Assembly: GCA_965656375.1 (NCBI GenBank)
Contig: CBFHKH010000001.1
Coordinates: 79,432-130,690, forward strand
Direction of reading: 5' to 3'
Length of the DNA stretch: 51,259 nt
Source: Minisyncoccia bacterium
GTDB taxonomy: Bacteria; Patescibacteriota; Minisyncoccia; Phycocordibacterales; UBA9973
A program made the position numbers and the translations under genes. A model generated the notes under the pieces. It was not told the origin of the DNA, ran no database searches, and saw nothing but the letters and a program-made list of their open reading frames with translations. Below are positions 27,805 to 36,836 of the stretch, piece by piece. Position 1 is the stretch's first letter. Every line of letters starts with the position of its first letter.

Positions 27805-28065
27805 ATAAACGTATTCTAGCATATTCGTACTAATTCCATTATTTGAAAATATCGCTCTTTCTGGTATATTCTATCCATGTCACTCTCTATTGGAATGGAG
27901 TGAACACAATTCCGAATCCAGAAGGCGATGAAAATAAAAATGCAGCCGTTATTCCCTTTGAATTTGCGATAGAAATCCCTGAGACTGGGAAAAAGCAAGA
28001 TCAAATTAATAAAGTAACCAGCTGCGCTGCTTAAGCTAAAAATGAAATTGTGATATAGTTAAAGG

Positions 28066-28563
28066 GTGAAACTCCCGGGAGAAAATAATTATGCACTTAT
28101 TGATGGCGCAAACCTTCATAGAGGCTTACAAGCCCTTGGGTGGGATCTTGATTATAAGAAGTTCAGGGTTTGGCTGACTGACAAATTCTCTATTACACGT
28201 GCGTATATTTTCCTTGGGAATATTCCTAAATATAGCAAACTCTATGCTCACTTACAGGAATGTGGCTATACTCTTATTTTTAAAGAAGTGGTATATGATG
28301 GAAGCGGAAAAGCCAAAGGGAACTGTGATGCTGACCTGGTATTAAAAACAGTGCAGGAGTATTATGAAGGAGGTTATGATAAGGCCCTTATTATTTCAAG
28401 CGACGGAGATTATACCTCACTGGTAAATTTCTTGATAACAAAAGGTAAATTAAAAGCGATCCTTTCTCCGGCTAAAGAAAGTAAGTGTTCAGTATTACTG
28501 AAACGTACGGGAGCTAAAATATCATACATTAATGATCAACGATCTCATATTGAACTAAAATAA
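28066..28563 (+). CDS. NYN (LabA/DUF88, PIN-like) ribonuclease-domain protein
   Basis: ALIDGANL, KGNCDADLV and ISSDGDY acidic motifs. Confidence 0.85.
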   Translation: MKLPGENNYALIDGANLHRGLQALGWDLDYKKFRVWLTDKFSITRAYIFLGNIPKYSKLYAHLQECGYTLIFKEVVYDGSGKAKGNCDADLVLKTVQEYYEGGYDKALIISSDGDYTSLVNFLITKGKLKAILSPAKESKCSVLLKRTGAKISYINDQRSHIELK

Positions 28564-28613
28564 AAAAGCCCCCGATGGAGACAGAACTCCATAAGGGTCT
28601 TTTTCGTGGTTAT
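28560..28613 (-). ncRNA. Candidate ~50-nt small RNA convergent on the NYN gene
   Basis: Predicted from the promoter at 28620-28648. Folds as AAAAAGACCC / ATGGAG-N6-CTCCAT / GGGGCTTTTT and ends in a U-tract. Confidence 0.45.
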
Positions 28614-28619
28614 GTGCAC

Positions 28620-28648
28620 ATTATAACCATACCAGGATTTTTTTGCAA
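28620..28648 (-). promoter_or_regulatory. Sigma70-type promoter TTGCAA-N17-TATAAT
   Basis: TTGCAA at 28643-28648, exactly 17 nt spacer, TATAAT at 28625-28620 on the minus strand. Confidence 0.65.
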
Positions 28649-28734
28649 GTATTTGATTGGATAAAGACATTTTGCTAATCCTGCAAATTCCCCTCCCTTA
28701 CACCACATCATACAGATGGCTACAATGTAGCTAT

Positions 28735-30039
28735 ATGAGCGATATAACCTACATCGGCACTACCAACTGGCGTAACCAGAACAAACGTTTTGGTATCATC
28801 GACAAAGACAGGTTTGGGCACATCTATGTAATCGGTAAGACAGGTGTTGGCAAATCAACCCTGTTGTTAAATATGGCTGTTGCAGATATAAAAAACGGGA
28901 AAGGGCTTTGTATCATTGACCCCCACGGTGATATAGCGGAAGCTTTACTTGATCATATACCAGCTGAGAGGATAGAGGATGTAATATATTTCAACCCTAA
29001 AGATACCCGGTACCCCATAGGCTTCAATCCGCTGAAAGCAGTCCACCCAAATTACCATCACCTGGTGGCTTCAGGGCTTGTTTCAACATTCAAAAAGATA
29101 TGGGCTGATTCCTGGGGTCCGAGGCTTGAATACATTCTGCGCTTTGCTGTACTCACATTGCTTGAATACCCCAACGCCACTCTTCTTGATATCCAACCCT
29201 TGCTTACAGATACATACTTCAGGAACAAGGTGATGGCCTATGTAACAAATCCCCATACACAATCTTTCTGGACACATGAGTTTGATAAATACAGCCCCCA
29301 GTTCAAATCAGAAGCGATAACACCAATCCTTAACAAGACAGGTGTATTTCTGACAAGCATTCCACTGCGAAATACAGTCGGACAGACAACCAATAGTTTC
29401 AGGATGCAGCAGGTACTTGATGAGGGAAAAATATTAATCGTCAACCTTTCAAAAGGAGAACTAGGAGAAGATGCATCTTCCATATTAGGCAGTGTCCTGG
29501 TTACGTCTATCCAGTTGGCTGCTTTGTTCCGTTCAACCCAACAGGAACATGAACGCAAACCTTTTTATCTCTACGTAGATGAAATGCACTCTTTCATCTC
29601 CCTGTCATTTGCCGATATTTTGTCTGAAGCACGTAAATACAAGCTCTCCTTGTTTCTTACCCACCAGTATATTGAACAAATAGATGAAAGGATCAGGGCT
29701 GCTATATTTGGCAATGTGGGCACGCTCATATCATTCCGGGTTGGTGCAGAAGATGCAGCACACCTGGCCAAAGAATTCCAGCCTGAATTTGCGGAAGCTG
29801 ATTTTGTAATCCTTCCCAAATATCACATGTACCTAAAGCTGATGATTGAAGGGGCTAGTTCAAGACCCTTCAGTGCAACGACCCTGCCGCCTCAGGAAAC
29901 TTCAGGTAAAGTGAGGGATGCGGTAATAGCATGTTCACGCAGAAACCATGCGAGAAAACGGGAAGCTGTTGAGAAAAGTATTTTAAGCAAGTACCCCAAA
30001 TCAAAAGAAGCAAATAACAGAAAGGGGTTGTTTGATTAA
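28735..30039 (+). CDS. VirD4/TraG-like P-loop ATPase (start moved to ATG 28735)
   Basis: GKTGVGKS, DPHGD, LYVDEMHSF, EARKY; collinear with the 11807 ATPase domain. Confidence 0.85.
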   Translation: MSDITYIGTTNWRNQNKRFGIIDKDRFGHIYVIGKTGVGKSTLLLNMAVADIKNGKGLCIIDPHGDIAEALLDHIPAERIEDVIYFNPKDTRYPIGFNPLKAVHPNYHHLVASGLVSTFKKIWADSWGPRLEYILRFAVLTLLEYPNATLLDIQPLLTDTYFRNKVMAYVTNPHTQSFWTHEFDKYSPQFKSEAITPILNKTGVFLTSIPLRNTVGQTTNSFRMQQVLDEGKILIVNLSKGELGEDASSILGSVLVTSIQLAALFRSTQQEHERKPFYLYVDEMHSFISLSFADILSEARKYKLSLFLTHQYIEQIDERIRAAIFGNVGTLISFRVGAEDAAHLAKEFQPEFAEADFVILPKYHMYLKLMIEGASSRPFSATTLPPQETSGKVRDAVIACSRRNHARKREAVEKSILSKYPKSKEANNRKGLFD

Positions 30040-30163
30040 ACAGGTATCGAGATAACATAAAAGACCATTTGGGAAGATTAAAAGTTACCACTTTGTGGTA
30101 TTGTAAATGGCTATCTATATAACTATTTTGTAATTCATTTTCTCTCACAAAAAACCTTATGTT

Positions 30164-30775
30164 ATGACCACCTTCCAGCTTATACCGGAAATGTTCCCAA
30201 TGATATTTCTACTGTCCTTTGGCTCAGAGGAGTTTTCAATTTTTCTTGCTTTGCTTGTAATAGGCCTCATAGCGTATATCGTTATAAAAGCAACTAACCG
30301 GTCAATACGGGTAGTACATGCTCATTGGCATCATATGTTTGATACCAGGCCATTTGCCCCCAAAGAGTTCTATGAATACCTGAAGAATGATATACAAGAA
30401 AAAGGAATTGAAGGCATTTCATTCAGGGGAATAGTACACTCTGAACGGGGGCTTCTCTCTGCCAATCGTGCATATCTGCGAATACTGTATCGGGAATATA
30501 TGATTGATGTATGTGCCGCTCCTTTTGCCAAGGAAGCTTTCTTTGTTTCCTGGTGGCTTGGTGATGCCGGGATTACCTTTCGTGATTTTCTGATATGCAT
30601 ACCAGCTATCGGCAGATTATTCAGCCGGAGAGAAAAGACCTTTTATGAACAGGACACCGAGATCATGTTCAAAGAAATTATTGCAGGCTGTGTCAGAGAT
30701 GCGATTGAAAAGCTCACCGAAGAAAAAGGAAAGCGATTAACAATGGCAGATTGGAGAGGTTCCGATATTAAATAA
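30164..30775 (+). CDS. Hypothetical protein with an N-terminal TM segment
   Basis: 203-aa ORF in the same orientation between two ATPase genes; hydrophobic IFLALLVIGLIAYIVI. Confidence 0.7.
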   Translation: MTTFQLIPEMFPMIFLLSFGSEEFSIFLALLVIGLIAYIVIKATNRSIRVVHAHWHHMFDTRPFAPKEFYEYLKNDIQEKGIEGISFRGIVHSERGLLSANRAYLRILYREYMIDVCAAPFAKEAFFVSWWLGDAGITFRDFLICIPAIGRLFSRREKTFYEQDTEIMFKEIIAGCVRDAIEKLTEEKGKRLTMADWRGSDIK

Positions 30776-30783
30776 AGTAATCC

Positions 30784-33700
30784 ATGATGTCTCTTTCACA
30801 TGCTGAATACTACACGTATCAATACTATACGTGGGAATACCGGGGACGGGGTTGGTTTGTGGCAGAGCAGCCGGTATGTCTGGAACCTCCCTATATTCCT
30901 TTTTTCAGGCATGGATATACTCCTCAACATGTTGATGATGGCAAGCGACATACACTTGTAAGCAGGTTCATCGAGTACATTAAGGGCAAGAAACAGGAAC
31001 AACCTGGTGAACAAAAGGTATTAGATTATGAAGAACTGGAGCCTTTTGGTGTTGAAAAGGAAACTGGTTTAAAGGCGGTACAGGTAAAACTACCTAGAGA
31101 AAGGAAAATAACTCCAGAGAAGATGAAAGCATTGCTTGTGATGCTTTCGCAATCAGGTACAACCATTTCATTTGAAATAATCGGCACCGCAAAAGAGATT
31201 GTTCTACAATTTGTGTGCAGCGCTGCAGATATCACTATTACAAAAACATACCTGGAGGCATACTTCCCTGAGTATACACATATATCCAGTGATGAACTAC
31301 TTGAAAATATCATAGTTGAGAATAAGCAAACAGCCGTTATTGATTTTGGGTTGCAACAGGAGTTTGTCAGACCAATTCAAGTGGTAAAGAATTTTACTAT
31401 TGATCCGCTGACTGGACTATTTGGAATACTTGATCAACTTCATGGTGATGAACAGGCGGGAATACAAATACTTTTTCAGGGAACAGTAAACCACTGGAGT
31501 GAAAGCATTGTTCGCAGTGTTACGATGTCTGATGGTAGCTCATTCTTTAATGACGATCCCAATGCGCCAAAGGTTGCACTGGAGAAGATACAAAGCACAC
31601 TATTTGGTGTTACTATCCGGGCCTTCACACATGCAGATACACAAGCAGATTCATTCGGGATAGTGCAAAAGCTGAGTTATGCAATTATGAATGCTTCGGT
31701 AAGCACAATCAATCAATTAATACCGCTCTCATCCGAAGACTATGATTTTGAAACAAGGGTACGTGATATCTGTCTGCGTGAATCACACCGCTTGGGTATG
31801 CTGTTGAATGCAGATGAACTTACAACCCTGCTTCACTTCCCATCCGAGAGTATCAGCTCCAAAAAATTATTCGCTTCCATGCGAAAGACCAAGGAGGTAC
31901 CAGGCATAGCCAAAGGAAAGGCGTTTGTACTGGGAGAAAATTATCACAACGGTATAACAGGCAAAGTAACGTTTGGTATTGAGGACAGATTAAAGCATAC
32001 CCATATCATCGGAGCAACCGGCACGGGCAAATCAACCCTCATTGCAAACCTAATCACCCAGGATATTGAACAGGGTCATGGTATTGTACTCTTTGATCCA
32101 CACGGGGACCTGGTAGATGATGTTATTGCATCAATACCCGAGAAACGGATACAAGATGTGGTGCTGGTTGATCCGTCAGATACAGCATATTCAGTAGGGT
32201 TAAATATCCTTGAGGCCCATAGTGATGTCGAGAAGGAAGTACTTTCATCAGACCTGGTTGCTGCATTCAGGAAATATTCCACTTCCTGGGGCGACCAGAT
32301 GAATGCCGTTTTTGGTAATGCGATACTTGCAGTACTTGAAAATACAGAAGGAGGAACACTCAATGACATCCGGAGGTTCTTGATTGAAAAAGACTTCAGG
32401 CAAAAGTATCTTAAGAATGTAACCGACCCTTCGGTGATATATTACTGGCAGAAAGAGTATCCACTGATTAAAACAAATTCTATTGGCCCAATACTTACCA
32501 GGCTAAATACATTCCTGCGACCCCGTGCCATTCGCAATATGGTCATTCAGCATAAAGGGCTTGATTTTGAAACCCTGCTCAATACGAAAAAGATTGTTTT
32601 GCTTAAACTCTCACAGGGATTGATTGGTACTGAAAACAGTTTTTTGTTGGGTTCGTTAGTGCTTTCCAAAATTCACCAGGCCATATTCAGACGACAGCAA
32701 CAGGCCATTCGCAACCCGATCTTTCTGTACCTCGATGAGTTTCAGAACTTCATTACCCCATCTATCAAGGAAATGCTAAGTGGCATCAGGAAGTATAATG
32801 TCGGACTTACTTTATCCCACCAGGATTTACAGCAACTGCAACGGGAAGATGGAGAATTGTTAAACAGTGTCCTCGGCAACATCAATACCAGGATTGTGTT
32901 TCGAGTAGGTGAACCTGATGCAAAAAAACTTCAGGATGGCTTTACGGGCTTTGACTTTACAGATCTCCAGAATTTAAGCAGGGGAGAAGCTGTCATACGC
33001 ATAGAACAGCCACAGTATGATTGTTCGCTGGATACATTTGCGCTCAGGGAAGTATCAGGTGAACAGCGGAAGAGCAATATAGAATCCGTAACCGCCTTTT
33101 CACGGAAAGAGTATGCAAGTCCGAGGGAAGAAGTTGAAAAAATGCTTTTTGAAACCCTTGATCTTGAAATTCAACCAACAGAGAAGAATGATACCCCACT
33201 GCATGAAGTAAAAGAAAAGAAGCAAAAGGATGAGAAGCTTGTACCAGTTGTAACTGACACAGATAAGCCTGTAGCAACAGAGAAAAAATCTGAACCAACA
33301 AAAGAGGTAAAGGAAGGAAAAGACATAACCACTCACCGCTATTTGCAGACATTGGTAAAGAAGATGGCAGAATCAAGGGGGTATATCGCAGTTCTTGAAA
33401 CACAGGTGCCGGATGGTAGCGGGTTGGTAGATGTGTTACTTACCAAGGAGAACAAAACTACAGCCATTGAAATATGCAGCACTACTGATGCAGACTGGGA
33501 GATGCATAACATACAAAAGTGTATTGATGCAGGCTATGATACCATCATATCTCTCTGTGGTGATATAAAGCAGCTTGAGAAGATCAAAAAGAAATGTCTC
33601 GAATATATTCCTGCAATTACCGGAAAGGAAGTCTATTTCTTTACTCCTGATACACTTTTTGCATTTTTAGATACAGAAACCAAAGCAACAGTTCCCCCAG

Positions 33701-33831
33701 AACAGGTTATTAAAGGCTATCGGGTGAATGTAACCTATGATGCAGTTTCCCTTGAAGATATGCAGCGCAAACGGGCCTCTGTAGCACAAGTGGTGATGAA
33801 TTCGCTCAGAAAAAGAAAGAAGGGAAGTTAA
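30784..33831 (+). CDS. Large VirD4/TraD-like ATPase with an N-terminal extension and a C-terminal PD-(D/E)xK-like domain
   Basis: GATGTGKS, DPHGD, LYLDEFQNF, RKYNVGLTLSHQ; C-terminal HRYLQ...VDVLL...AIEIC. Confidence 0.8.
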   Translation: MMSLSHAEYYTYQYYTWEYRGRGWFVAEQPVCLEPPYIPFFRHGYTPQHVDDGKRHTLVSRFIEYIKGKKQEQPGEQKVLDYEELEPFGVEKETGLKAVQVKLPRERKITPEKMKALLVMLSQSGTTISFEIIGTAKEIVLQFVCSAADITITKTYLEAYFPEYTHISSDELLENIIVENKQTAVIDFGLQQEFVRPIQVVKNFTIDPLTGLFGILDQLHGDEQAGIQILFQGTVNHWSESIVRSVTMSDGSSFFNDDPNAPKVALEKIQSTLFGVTIRAFTHADTQADSFGIVQKLSYAIMNASVSTINQLIPLSSEDYDFETRVRDICLRESHRLGMLLNADELTTLLHFPSESISSKKLFASMRKTKEVPGIAKGKAFVLGENYHNGITGKVTFGIEDRLKHTHIIGATGTGKSTLIANLITQDIEQGHGIVLFDPHGDLVDDVIASIPEKRIQDVVLVDPSDTAYSVGLNILEAHSDVEKEVLSSDLVAAFRKYSTSWGDQMNAVFGNAILAVLENTEGGTLNDIRRFLIEKDFRQKYLKNVTDPSVIYYWQKEYPLIKTNSIGPILTRLNTFLRPRAIRNMVIQHKGLDFETLLNTKKIVLLKLSQGLIGTENSFLLGSLVLSKIHQAIFRRQQQAIRNPIFLYLDEFQNFITPSIKEMLSGIRKYNVGLTLSHQDLQQLQREDGELLNSVLGNINTRIVFRVGEPDAKKLQDGFTGFDFTDLQNLSRGEAVIRIEQPQYDCSLDTFALREVSGEQRKSNIESVTAFSRKEYASPREEVEKMLFETLDLEIQPTEKNDTPLHEVKEKKQKDEKLVPVVTDTDKPVATEKKSEPTKEVKEGKDITTHRYLQTLVKKMAESRGYIAVLETQVPDGSGLVDVLLTKENKTTAIEICSTTDADWEMHNIQKCIDAGYDTIISLCGDIKQLEKIKKKCLEYIPAITGKEVYFFTPDTLFAFLDTETKATVPPEQVIKGYRVNVTYDAVSLEDMQRKRASVAQVVMNSLRKRKKGS

Positions 33832-33867
33832 TCTCAATGAAGGAATCTCAATGTGGAAAGCAAAACC

Positions 33868-34086
33868 TTATTCAAAATCAAATAAATCCTTCACAGACAC
33901 CTTTAGTTCAAGCGCAATCAAAAAAAGCGTTTTAGCAGTAGGATTTCCATGCCCCTTTTCCAAGTAGTTCATCCACTGCCTGTCCTTATCAATCCGTAGT
34001 GCCAGCTCTGTTTGACTCAATCCTGATTTTTTACGGACAGCAGCGATATGTTTTCCGAGCTTTTTCTGAAAGGTATCAATACTCAT
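33868..34086 (-). CDS. XRE-family helix-turn-helix regulator
   Basis: GLSQTELALRIDKDRQWMNYLEKGHGNPT. Confidence 0.9.
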   Translation of the reverse strand: MSIDTFQKKLGKHIAAVRKKSGLSQTELALRIDKDRQWMNYLEKGHGNPTAKTLFLIALELKVSVKDLFDFE

Positions 34087-34124
34087 GCTATGGCTTAATA
34101 GGCCACAAGGTTGAGTATTTCAAA

Positions 34125-34160
34125 AAAAATATTGTAAAGATATATCTTTACAATATTTTT
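34125..34160. promoter_or_regulatory. Perfect 36-bp palindrome, probable operator
   Basis: AAAAATATTGTAAAGATATATCTTTACAATATTTTT between the divergent XRE and lipoprotein genes. Confidence 0.7.
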
Positions 34161-34165
34161 ACCCT

Positions 34166-34173
34166 TACATTTG
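34166..34173 (+). promoter_or_regulatory. Bacteroidota-type -7 promoter element TAnnTTTG
   Basis: TACATTTG upstream of the lipoprotein gene. Confidence 0.55.
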
Positions 34174-34245
34174 ACTCCCAGTAATGTTTTCATGTAGTTG
34201 AGCTGGTGGTTCTCAATCATATTTAATCACTCAAAACTATCTTTT

Positions 34246-35025
34246 ATGCGAAACAATTTTCTTTACCTGATTATTCTCACCGTATTCCTAGTATCCTGTG
34301 GAAGTTCACGCAATACGACTACTTCTGAACCTCCACTTATGCGTATCCCTGCCAAGTTTGATTTCAGTCCACCGTTTCGGGGAGTGGCAGGCTCAACCGG
34401 TATCACGATTGCCATAGTAAAGCCAACCTATGTAGGCAAGAATGCCGAGTACTATGTACCACCCTTCAATGAAATGGCTGCCAGTATGGGCAATGACTTT
34501 GAAGAACTCTTAACCGCCAAAGGCTTTACTATGAGGGGACCTTTTGGCTCACGGGATGAAATGGTGTATAACGACAAGATAAACTCAAGCTTTATCCTTG
34601 AGATCGGCATCGAACTTACCCCGCAATATAACCGGAAGTATGCCACTAGCACCAAAACAAACTGGGGCTCTATTCTTGACAAAAATGCTCCGGCAACTAT
34701 ATCAACACAGAGGATGAGTGGGGAAATAACCATTGCGGGGAATCTGGTCATCAATGCTAAATCCTCTCAGTACGGAGAACTGATATGGAAGAAGAACATT
34801 TCCCTTGAAGCCACTTCATTCACCTATGCAGGATCTCTCACCTGGGACGGTGTGCCAACGATGGCTGAAGAACTGAAGAAGGATAACCAGGTGTATAATA
34901 CACTTTCTTCTGAACTAGAGAAGTTCTATCAAAAAGCCTTAAGCCTTGCCTGGCAGCAGATTGACCCTGCTGAAATGAAGTCTGTGGCAGAACAGGCAAA
35001 GAAAGCAGACAAGAAAGGAAATTGA
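34246..35025 (+). CDS. Lipoprotein of unknown function (start moved to ATG 34246)
   Basis: MRNNFLYLIILTVFLVSC lipobox. Confidence 0.75.
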   Translation: MRNNFLYLIILTVFLVSCGSSRNTTTSEPPLMRIPAKFDFSPPFRGVAGSTGITIAIVKPTYVGKNAEYYVPPFNEMAASMGNDFEELLTAKGFTMRGPFGSRDEMVYNDKINSSFILEIGIELTPQYNRKYATSTKTNWGSILDKNAPATISTQRMSGEITIAGNLVINAKSSQYGELIWKKNISLEATSFTYAGSLTWDGVPTMAEELKKDNQVYNTLSSELEKFYQKALSLAWQQIDPAEMKSVAEQAKKADKKGN

Positions 35026-35034
35026 TATCACAAG

Positions 35035-35072
35035 AATGCTAACCGGTATGTAGAACTGGTTAGTATTCTTTT
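35035..35072 (+). terminator. Probable intrinsic terminator
   Basis: AATGCTAACCGGT...ACTGGTTAGTATT stem (with G-U pairs) followed by CTTTT. Confidence 0.5.
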
Positions 35073-35368
35073 GACTCAAATATTTCTTGAGCAGAAAGTT
35101 AATGACCAGTAGTATAATGAAGGCGAAACCGGTAGAAAAAATTCTACTCCTACATAAATAAGCAAAAAAATTTTGCTGAGTTCAAATTTTAATTATACGT
35201 TTATGTAACAAAAGAAAACTAACCTTCATTACCCGTTTGTTTTTAATCCAATCTCCCTTGTAAAAGCAGTTTCAAGCAAGCATAAGAAAAATGTATCTAT
35301 CTGTTGTGTAGTGTACCTACTGCAATAGAGGTCTATTTAATTAAATTGTTTAAAACAAACCAGCCCCT

Positions 35369-36817
35369 ATGAGTCGTACCCGACTCTTCATAACAACCCT
35401 GATCATGCTTGCTGCGCAATGCTGCACAGCACAGACTGACAGCGTATTAAAAAGCCTGGAGAACCTCCAGAAAGTCCCCGTTAAATATTTAGATGCTGTT
35501 GAGAACAAGATAGATAAATACAGCAACCGCATAACCGGCAAAACCGAAAAAACACTTGCCAAGTTGAGCAAGTGGGAGAATAAAATCAAAAGCATTTTAG
35601 ACCAGGTTAGTCCTGAAACTTCCGACAAACTATTTGGCAATAATGCCACCACTTTTACCAGTCTGCTTAAAAAACTGCAGGAGGGTAAAGCTATTGCAGA
35701 AGGGTACAAAACAAAATACAACGAGTACCGCGATAAACTAACAACCAGTGTAAAATACCTGGAAGATCAGAAAGACAAGCTGGATAAAAAGTTTGTGCAA
35801 CCCATCAGCAATACCAAAAAGAAACTGGAGGAACTGGAAAAGGATGTAAACAATACCGAAGCAGTGGAAGCTTTTATCAAAGAACGAAAAAAGCAACTGG
35901 TTGATGAAGCTTTCAAGTATTTGGGAAAAAGCAAGTACCTGACTAAGATAGACAAGGAGGCTTACTATTATGTGGAAACACTGCGTAACTACAAAGAGTT
36001 GTTCAACGACAAAAAGAAAGCTGAAGAGCTGGCGCTGAAACTGCTGAATAAAATCCCGGCTTTTACTGAGTTTGCCCAAAAGAACAGTATGCTGGCGCAG
36101 TTATTCGGCTCGCCATCGGGTGGGGGTAATATGGCAAACCTGGCCGGGCTGCAAACCCGTGCAGGTGTCAATGCTTTGATACAGAACCGGCTGGCAGCGG
36201 GTGGCCCCAGCGCCCGGGAAGCTTTCAGCCAGAACATGCAGCAGGCACAAGCCGAACTTACCCAATTAAAAGACAAGATCATGAAAGTCGGTGGCAGCAG
36301 CAGCGAAGCCAATATACCCAGCTTTAAACCCAACGAACAGAGATCAAAAACCTTTTTACAGCGGCTTGAGTTTGGCAGCAATTTTCAGTTTGCCAAAAAC
36401 AACAGCCTGGTGCCCACCACTGCTGACATTGCACTGAGTGTTGGGTACAAACTGAATGATAAATCAATCATTGGTATTGGTGCCAGTTATAAAATGGGAC
36501 TGGGCAGCATACAGCGCATCAGCATCAGCCACCAGGGCATCGGGCTCAGAAGTTTTATAGACTGGAAACTGAAGAAACAGTTTTTTGTAACCGGCGGGTT
36601 TGAGATGAATTACAATGCCCGGTTCAAAAATATAGATCAGCTGCAGAATTATAGCGACTGGCAGCAAAGCGGGTTAGTGGGACTGACCAAGAAATTAAAC
36701 ATCAAAACAAAATTCTTTAAAGGCACCAGTGTACAGTTATTGTACGATATGCTGTACCGGCAACACAACCCGGTTAGTCAGCCGGTGCTGTTTAGGATGG
36801 GTTATAGTTTTAAATAA
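35369..36817 (+). CDS. Exported protein: coiled-coil N-terminal half, probable outer-membrane beta-barrel-like C-terminal part
   Basis: Signal peptide ending CTA|Q, long K/E/L helical region, amphipathic beta-strand pattern, ends LFRMGYSFK. Confidence 0.6.
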   Translation: MSRTRLFITTLIMLAAQCCTAQTDSVLKSLENLQKVPVKYLDAVENKIDKYSNRITGKTEKTLAKLSKWENKIKSILDQVSPETSDKLFGNNATTFTSLLKKLQEGKAIAEGYKTKYNEYRDKLTTSVKYLEDQKDKLDKKFVQPISNTKKKLEELEKDVNNTEAVEAFIKERKKQLVDEAFKYLGKSKYLTKIDKEAYYYVETLRNYKELFNDKKKAEELALKLLNKIPAFTEFAQKNSMLAQLFGSPSGGGNMANLAGLQTRAGVNALIQNRLAAGGPSAREAFSQNMQQAQAELTQLKDKIMKVGGSSSEANIPSFKPNEQRSKTFLQRLEFGSNFQFAKNNSLVPTTADIALSVGYKLNDKSIIGIGASYKMGLGSIQRISISHQGIGLRSFIDWKLKKQFFVTGGFEMNYNARFKNIDQLQNYSDWQQSGLVGLTKKLNIKTKFFKGTSVQLLYDMLYRQHNPVSQPVLFRMGYSFK

Positions 36818-36836
36818 GTAATTCAATAATAATCTT

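Noticed and set aside
27816-28034. Short ORFs between pgl and the NYN gene
   Set aside because: Two overlapping ~62-aa frames on opposite strands with no motif; insufficient evidence.
1-28650. Alternative genetic code (UGA=Gly) as in Gracilibacteria/Absconditabacteria
   Set aside because: Long conserved genes translate full-length under the standard code without internal TGA.
21984-28735. Genomic island integrated at tRNA-Trp or tRNA-Leu with attL/attR
   Set aside because: I found no direct repeat of either tRNA 3' end, the only copy is inverted, there is no integrase, and housekeeping genes follow.
28735-33831. Complete conjugative element or T4SS
   Set aside because: Only coupling-protein-like ATPases are present; no relaxase, VirB/Tra channel genes or integrase are in the window.
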